From contig CP145418.1 of NCBI GenBank assembly GCA_036867785.1, positions 930,001 through 994,000 of the forward strand: a stretch of DNA of 64,000 bases. The letters are read 5' to 3'. Within the stretch, counting starts at the first letter, position 1. The number at the start of each line of letters is the position of its first letter. The stretch comes from Plasmodiophora brassicae. Its lineage: Eukaryota. The notes beneath the pieces were generated by a model, which did not search any database, was not told the DNA's origin, and saw only the letters and a program-made list of their open reading frames with translations. Both the position numbers and the translations under genes were made by a program. Below are positions 56,072 to 64,000 of this stretch, piece by piece.

Positions 56072-57280
56072 CGTGACGCGTTGTTGGACGGGAGCGCGAG
56101 CTCGTTGGTTGGGGGATATGAAAAATGAGAAGGATGCTGCCGATGGGCGGATCTCGTCCAGCCGAGATTCGCCTGTGCTCACCCGCCCAAATATCTCTGT
56201 CGTCATCCGCGCGGCATGGCGAGGGCACGCGATCCCCCATACGATGCGTCGAGTCGATGAAGATCCAGGGGCGGCAGCCCGATGAATCTGGGACGCGAGC
56301 ACGCGTATCCGTCCAGCCTGCCCTGGCCGCCCTCGGCAGGTGCCATTGGCACGCGAATCCCGCGTGCCCTCGCCCAGGACCGCGTCGTACGCGAGTGGCC
56401 ACCACACATCGTGTATTGGTGTACGTTCGTCAACGTTCGTACCGTTGGCAATGCGCGATGAGGGCCGTTGAGGTCGCCTTGTCGCTCGCTTTCGTTTCGC
56501 GCCAGACCCGCCCAAATAATCCGCTTCCAGCCAATTGGATAGATAGGGGGTCATCTGCCCAGAATTTTCGTTATTGTTGAATTGTATGCCGTTGCAGTAT
56601 GCACTCGGTCTGGGATACCAATAGATGCCCATGTTGGAGGCAAATATGCACATAGGTTAGCGACAGCCGGTTCCTGGGCAATTCTCTACCTATGCGCTTG
56701 GCCGTTTATCTACTGGTCGTCATCGCCTGCCAGAGGCGAACACAGACTGGTTCACCGATATCAGCTCCCCAGCACCAACGCCGTTCTTGGACACCGGTAT
56801 CATGGTCATCATCGCCTGACGAGTTCAAGGACATCTCGAATTATATACGATATAAGCCGCTACGGGCGTGTCCGCGCGCGATCACGTTTATCAGCGGAAA
56901 TGCATACTGTCTGTGGCCCTGTCGGGACGAACGAACCCGCACATGACGAGGCAGACTCATAAACATCGCCATCCGTATGGGTATGGTGAACGAAGGACCA
57001 GTTAGGATCACGCTTCCACTTGGTGGTGACCGCTCAGTAAAGCCTACGTCGTCGCCGTGAACAACTATCAACCTCGGGACGAAACATCGCCGAGCCGCGA
57101 CATCGTTGGCACCTGGTTCAAGGGGCAACGCAGGCACTAGGTAGTACTGCCGGAGAATGTTGTTCCTGAAGGCGATTGTATTATCGCTGGATTATTGTTA
57201 GTCCTCTTATGAGGTGCGGAGACACATCGAATAACGGGGAAGGATATCCAGTCAGGCAGCTGCCAGAGGACGAAACGGGA

Positions 57281-60200
57281 TCAGAATTGCAAAGTGAGGA
57301 TAGTGACAAACAGGACGACGGCGACGGTTGAGTGGGATGGGGACGTCATGGCGCGGGCGGCCGCTCTTACTGGCTCAAGCGCAGCCGTATTACACTGGTC
57401 GGAGCTGGTAACCTGCTGGCCGTCCTGGCAGACGTACATGGTCTGCACGGTCGACGCGTCGAACGTGGCGACGCCTGGGTTGTTCGGGTCCTCGAGCGTC
57501 GCCAGGACCGCAGCCTGGTCGGCCGGCGTGGACGATTTGAAGCTGATGACGAGCGTTACCGTATTTGACGGCGCATTCACCGTCGCGGTCTCGATGATGA
57601 TGCGATCCTTGCCGATGCCCAGCGCCGCGCTCTCCCCGATCTGGAATCGGTCCTTGGCCGCGTCCAGCGATTCGGATGCCAATAACGTCATCGTGAACCG
57701 AACTCGCAGCAGGTACCCAACAACGCCCCGCGCGAATCCACCAGATGGCCTCGATGTCGCCACTGCGCGTCGAACGAGACGCAACGTCTGTGGCGCCTGG
57801 TAATCGGTGACGATCGCCAACCACCAGGCCATCTGTTGTTTAGCATTCGCAAACACGATCGTCAACGACCTGCCCGTCGACACGATGGGGACGCCGATGG
57901 CCACGGCGACCTCGGCGTTCGTCATCGCATCGTAGACAGAGATGGACGGGGCGGTCGACCTGAACGTCAGCTGAACGGAGCTCCCCAGGTGACGACGACG
58001 TCACCGTGATGGAGCAGTTGACGTTGCCGCCCCAGATCTCGAGCTGACGACCCAGTCCTGGGGAGACGGCCGTCTGATGATCGCCCTGACAGAACGCGTA
58101 CGTCGTCGTCTGGATGACGGTCTTCGGCAACGGGGCGGTGCTGGCATCGGCGGTCCAGTACGAGTAGGCCCGCTGGAACGTCGAGGTGATCGTCACTGAC
58201 TGCCCCGTCAGCACGTTGCCGGTCCAGGGGCGGTACGTGCTGGCGCCGATGGTGGCGACGGCCGAGTCCCGACCCCACATGCTGTACGACGTGAACGCCA
58301 GGCGTACGGTGCACTGAGGGGCGGCCGTGATCACCAGCGTACAGTTCGCCAGGGTCAACGACGAGATGGGAACCGGCGGCCCCGAGCACGGCAAATTAAG
58401 GTGCATGACGCCCGTGCAGAACGTCGGCCGGGGCACGTCGATGGCGACGACGGTCCATGACGAGTGCGATCCGGCGACGAGCGACGAGATCGTCCACGAT
58501 CCGCCGTACGACGTGAACGTGGGATCCCACGACTGAAGCGGGTTGTGGGTGCGGAACCCGTCGTCGACGTTGAGGGTGTCGCCCATTTCATACATGCTAA
58601 TCGAGGCGAACACGAGTTTCACCGAGCGCCCGGGCGTCGCGCTCACCACCATGGTGCAGTTGGTCGCCATGTACGGGACCGATATGGTCACGTTCTGGCC
58701 GGGACCTGCGATGGCGACGTGCTGGTTCCCCGTGCAGAACGTCGGCATTGGCGGGCGGGGAACGTCGATGGCAACGATGGTCCAGGACGACGACCCCAGG
58801 GTGCGCGACGAGATTGTCAGCGATCGCCCGTACGACGTGAACGGTGGATAGTCCCAGTACGTCGCCGCGGCGCTGTACCTGTGGTAGCCGTCGTTGACGG
58901 CCAGGTAGTCGCCAGAGTGCCACACGTTGACGGACGAGAACAGGAGGCGGAGGGCTCGACCGGGCGTCGCGGTCACCACCAGCGTGCAATTCGGCGTGCT
59001 CGTCGATACAATCGTCACGTTGTGGCCGGAGCCTTCGATGGCGACTTGCTGGTTCCCCGTACAGAACGTCGGCATTGGCGGGCGGGGGACGTCGAAGGCA
59101 ACGATGGTCCAGGACGACGACGACCCCAGGATGCGCGACGAGATCGTCAGCGATCGTCCGTACGACGTGAACGATGGATAGTTCCAGTACGTCGCCGCGG
59201 CGCTGTACGTGTGGTAGCCGTCGTTGACGGCCAGGTAATCGCCAGACTGCCACACGTCGACGGACGAGAACAGGAGGCGGAGGGCTCGACCAGGCGTTGC
59301 GGTCACCGACACCAGCGTGCAATTCGGCGTGCTCGTCGACGCGATCGTCACGTTCTGGCCAGGGCCTTCGATGGCGACTTGCTGGTTCCCCGTGCAGAAC
59401 GTCGGCATTGGCGGGAGGGGGACGTCGAAGGCAACGATGGTCCAGGACGATGACGACCCCAGGGTGCGCGATGAGATCGTCAGCGATCGTCCGTACGACG
59501 TGAACGATGGATAGTTCCAGTACGTCGCCGCGGCGCCGTACGTGTGGTAGCCGTCATTGACGGTCAGGTAGTCGCCAGACTGCCACACGTTGACGGACGA
59601 GAACAGGAGGTGGAGGGCTCGACCGGGCGTCGCGGTCACCACCAGCGTGCAGTTGGTCGCCATGTACGCGGCCGTTATGGTCACGTTCTGGCCGGGGCCT
59701 TCGATGGCGACCTGCTGGTTCCCAGAGCAGAACGTCGGCATTCGCGGGCGGGGGACGTCGAAGGCAACGATGGTCCAGGACGATAACGACCCCAGGGTGC
59801 GAGATGAGATCGTCAGCGATCGTCCGTACGACGTGAACGATGGATAGATCCAGTACGTCGCCGCGGTGCTGTACGTGTGGTAGCCGTCGTTGACGGTCAG
59901 GTAATCGCCAGAGTGCCACAGGTCCACGGATGAAAACACGAGGCGGAGGGCTCGGCCGGGCGTCGCGGCCACCACCAGCGTGCAATTCGGCGTGCTCGTC
60001 GACGCAATCGTCACGTTCTGGCCGGGACCTTCGATGGCGACCTGCTGGTTCCCCGTGCAGAACGTCGGCACTGGCGGGCGGGGGACGTCGAAGGCAACGA
60101 TGGTCCAGGACGACGACGACCCCAGAGTGCGCGACGAGATCGTCAGCGATCGTCCGTACGACGTGAACGGTGGATAGATCCAGTACGTCGCCGCGGCGCT

Positions 60201-63107
60201 GTACGTGTGGTAGCCGTCGTTGACGGTCAGGTAATCGCCAGACTGCCACACGTCGACGGAGGAGAACAGGAGGCGGACGGCTCGACCGGGCGTCGCGGTC
60301 ACAACCAGCGTGCAATTCGGCGTGCTGGTCGACGCGATCGTCGCGTTCTGCCCGGGCGCCGTCATTGCCAGATGCTCGGCGCCCGTGCAGAACGTCGGCA
60401 TCGGCGGCCTGGGAACGTCAAAGACGGTCGCCTGCCAGGTCGAGTACGACCCCGCGATGAGCGATGTGATCGTCACCGACGGGCCGTACGACGTAAACGC
60501 TGCGTAGGACCCGGCCTTGGCCTGGTACCCGTCGGTGACGGTCAGGGTGTCCATCCCCTGCAGGGAGACGGACGAGAACACGACCCGGACGGCGCGTCCG
60601 GCGGTCGCCTTCACCGTGAAGGTGCAGTCAGCGGGGACGTACGCCGACGATATCGTCACGTTCTGGCCGACGCCGGCAATGTCGAGCTCCTGGACGCCGC
60701 CCGTGCAGAACGCTGTCGGGCGAACCGTTGTCGTGACCGACACGGCGCCGGTGGTGTACAGACCGGGGCCAGCGGCGACGAACGCGATGGTCAACGTGTT
60801 GCCGGACGAGACGAATGGGCGGCCTGCCCACGACAAGGGTGCGCTGCTGCCGACGTCGTAAGCCAGGAGCCGGACGCGCGGATCGTAGTAGGTGGACATC
60901 GGCGTGACGGCGACGGACTGGCCCACGTTCGTCGTGATCGTCATCGTGCAATTCTGCCCCGTTGCCCGGACGGTGGCTTGCTGGCCGGGCGTCGTCAGCG
61001 CCAGCGTTTGTCCAGAGGCCCGCATGCAGTACACCAGGCCGACTACCGGGGCGACGTCAGCGACCGAGACGGCCCACCAGGAGCTCGCTTGCTGGATGCT
61101 GAACGCGATCGTCATCGAGCGCCCCGTCGACGTGATCGTCCCGGACAGTGCGAGCGCGTTCCCGACCAGGACTGCGATCACGTTGGACGTCGTCGTGTTG
61201 CCGTCGAAGATCGTCACGGCGTCGGACCCGTACAGGGACGCCTCCGTCGTTGTGAACTTGACGACCCGGCCGGGCGTCGCCGTGATCGTCACCGCACAGT
61301 CCATCCCGGCCGAGTACACCCACGTGTTGTCGTTCGGCGCCACGAGCGACGCCTGCGACGCCAGCCCGCAGTAGACGTAGGGCGGCGTAGTCGGCCCCGA
61401 CCCGAGCGTGTGCTTGACCAGCGACGCCCGCACGGTATCGTTGTAGGGCAGCGCGCAGGCGAACGTGCTCGTCGAGCAGTACAGGGGCTGGAAGTACGCA
61501 CCGCACCTAACAGCGTAAACGTTCAGACGTCGAGCGGACACGCGGCCGGCAGAACCTCGGGGAACGTACCAGCCGAACGAGGAGCAGCAGCGCCCTGGCG
61601 CGCAGCCGCTGTTGCCGAACGAGGGCCCGCACTGGTGGTCGGGCCGCTCCCCTCCCGAGCAGGTCGGCAGCGTGTTCGTGGTCGGCACGAGGACGTCGTA
61701 GACGTGCGCCGCCCAGCCAAAGTTCGCGTTGGCCGACGTGAACACGACGGTCATCGTGCGGCCCGTCGAGATGGCCGTCGTCGACGTCGACGCCTGCAGG
61801 ATGCTGGACGTGCCTTTGCCGTCGTAGACGACCAGGAAATCGCCGTCGTCCAGGTACAGGTACGAGAACACGAGCTTGACGACGTGCCCGGCGCTGGCCG
61901 TGATCACGAACGTACAGTCGAGGCCGGACGCGAACCGTCCCGTTGGATGGCTGGCGATCGACGCCGACCCGCCCAGCCCGATCGGCACGTTCTGCGAGGT
62001 GGCGCCCTGCTGGCTGCAGTAGTACGTCCGGTTCGTCGCCAAGAACGACGTCGATGGGGCCGGCGTCGGGGCTGGCCTGCGCCCACCGGTCGTCGTTGCT
62101 TTCGCGGTCGACCGTGGCCTCGTGCCGATGACGCGGACCCGTTCGCCGACCTCATCGGCGACGTACATGGCGCCGTCAGGGCCGAACGCGAGCCCGGCCG
62201 GATGCAGGAACTTGGCGGTCAGTGACGGGCCGTCGGCGTACCCGCCGATGCCGCCCGCGTACGTCGTCACGTTGCCCAGCGGCGTCGTCACCTTCCGGAT
62301 GCGGTTGCTGCCGTACTCGGCGACGAACAGGTTGCCGTTGGTGTCGAGGCGGATTCCATACGGGTAGTCGAAGGTGGCCGCCGGGCCGACGCCTTCCTGC
62401 GACCCGACCGTGCCGCTGCCCGCCAGCACCGATACCTTGCCGGCCGTGTCGACCTGCTTGATCTGGAAGTTGGACGTGTCCGAGACGTAGATCGTGCCGG
62501 ACGGGGCGACGGCAACGCCCCAGGGGCGGTTGAACCCGCTGGCGACGGTGGACACGGTCCCGGTCGGCGTCACCTTGCGAACCAGGTTGTTGCCGGAATC
62601 GGCAACGTACAGGTTGTCGTGCGCGTCGATGGTGAGCCCGGCCGGGTTTCTGAACATCGCCGACGTGCCGTTGCCGTTCATGGTCCCGGAGGTCCCGTTG
62701 CCGGCCCACGCCGTCACCGCCAGGTTGCTCGCGATCTTCACAATCATGTGCCGGCGGATCAGGCTGACGAACAGGTTGCCGTGCGAGTCGAAGACAAGGT
62801 CGGTCGGGCCGTCCAGCGTCAGGGTGCTCGTCAGGTTCAGCGTCGAGACGACGCCCGATTGCGTTACTCTCCGGATTGCGTTGTTGTCGCAGTCGGCCAC
62901 GATGACGTTGTTCGTGGCCCAGTCGACGGCGACGCCGAACGGTGTGTTGAACGTGGCCAGCGTCCCGATGCCGTCGGCAGAGCCGATCTGCCCGGATCCG
63001 GCCAGCGTTTGCACGTACGGGTCGGCGTAACCGATGCTGTCCACAGCGACGAGCACCAGCAGCACGAGCAACAGCAGCGACATGACCGGCGGCGACTTAG
63101 GCAGCAT
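57281..63107 (-). CDS. NHL/CUB-like/hevein surface protein, copy C (long form; one +1 frameshift as assembled)
   Basis: 1920-aa ORF plus a 214-aa tail ORF, separated by an extra c near 57983 (ctccccagg vs ctcccagg in copy B). Confidence 0.85.
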
Positions 63108-63263
63108 CGTGACGCGTTGTTGGACGGGAGCGCGAGCTCGTTGGTTGGGGGATATGAAAAATGAGAAGGATGCTGCCGATGGGCGGATCTCGTCCAGCCG
63201 AGATTCGCCTGTGCTCACCCGCCCAAATATCTCTGTCGTCATCCGCGCGGCATGGCGAGGGCA

Positions 63264-63287
63264 CCCCCCCCCCCCCCCCCCCCCCCC
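63264..63287. repeat. Poly-C tract (G-run on the sense strand) upstream of copy C
   Basis: Run of about 24 C, absent from the homologous position upstream of copies A and B. Confidence 0.85.
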
Positions 63288-63486
63288 GCGATATTTCACG
63301 ACACGTCGAGTTGATGAAGATCCAGGGGCGGCAACCCGATGAATCTGGGACGCGAGCACGCGTATCCGTCCAGCCTGCCCTGGCCGCCCTCGGCAGGTGC
63401 CATTGGCACGCGAATCCCGCGTCCCCTCGCCCAGGACCGCGTCGTACGCGAGTGGCCACCACACTTCGTGTATTGGTGTACGTTCG

Positions 63487-64000
63487 TCATTGGCAATGCA
63501 CGGTGAGGACTGTGAAGAGGAGGACGTAGGCGAGGGTCGCGGGTGATGGCGACACGGGGCGGGCGGCGCTGACCGTCTCTGGCTCGGCAGGGGCACCGGC
63601 ACGGCACCTGTCCGCGCTGGTGACCTGCTGGCCGTTCCGGCAGACGTACGTCGTCTGTACGGTCGACGGGTCCAGCGTGCCGACGCCCGAGCCGATCGAG
63701 AGCGCCGCCAGCAGCGCCGCCTGGTCGGCCGACGTTGTCGACGTGAAACGGACCTGGAGCGTTGCCGTGTTCGCCTGCGCGCCCATCGCTGCGTGTACGA
63801 CGCTGACCCGATCCATGGCGATGCCCAGCGCGGCGCTCTCCCCGTTCGCGAACCGGACCTGGGCGTCGCCCAACGACTCGCCGACCCGCAACGTCATCGT
63901 GAAGCTCGCTTGCAGCAGGTACGCGACGACATCGCCTGTTGAGCCACCGGGCGGCCCCGTTGTGGGACGACCCGCGATCAGCGTCCTCGTGGTCGGTGTC
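63487..64000 (-). CDS. 3' end of a fourth, more divergent family member (copy D)
   Basis: RFANGESAALGIAMDR..ADQAALLA..STVQTTYVCRNGQQVTSADRC..YVLLFTVLTVHCQ, homologous to the C-termini of copies A-C. Confidence 0.85.
   Translation of the reverse strand, partial: TPTTRTLIAGRPTTGPPGGSTGDVVAYLLQASFTMTLRVGESLGDAQVRFANGESAALGIAMDRVSVVHAAMGAQANTATLQVRFTSTTSADQAALLAALSIGSGVGTLDPSTVQTTYVCRNGQQVTSADRCRAGAPAEPETVSAARPVSPSPATLAYVLLFTVLTVHCQ

Larger units (their letters stand above)
48412..62480. repeat. 7034-bp near-identical tandem duplication (about 48412-55445 and 55446-62481)
   Basis: Matching ORFs at a constant offset of 7034 (49619/56653, 50247/57281), shifting to 7036 after four small indels. 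Confidence 0.93.

Overview
Gene-dense, GC-rich eukaryotic DNA with many short (about 55-66 nt) spliceosomal introns, so the ORF track fragments most genes. The compact layout, chitin-related genes and secreted cysteine-rich proteins suggest a phytomyxid protist such as Plasmodiophora brassicae (inference only). From left to right the window holds: a cluster of PA-domain + 7TM receptor-like paralogs (3 genes plus a decayed copy); an SDR with an altered catalytic motif; a GDP-mannose-hydrolase-like Nudix gene; an inverted pair of TPR-GT61 glycosyltransferases; a family III CoA-transferase; BCS1; a secreted permuted papain-like protein; an Hsp70(HSPA12-like)-vWA fusion; TFIP11; an alpha/beta hydrolase; FAB1/PIKfyve; a JmjC protein; a BTB protein; RRP7; a coiled-coil RING protein; a secreted tandem hevein-like protein; a degenerate chitin-synthase-like membrane protein; mannose-6-phosphate isomerase; and MOCS2A with an in-frame transposase-type HTH upstream. 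The last 20 kb is a tandem array of at least 4 large surface-protein genes (signal peptide, NHL propeller, CUB-like, hevein/CBM18, variable number of CUB-like repeats, hydrophobic tail). The middle copy is a chimera inside a 7034-bp duplication whose crossover maps to about 28 bp. No rRNA, tRNA or CRISPR array was seen. Family calls are from motif recognition by eye, not database searches.
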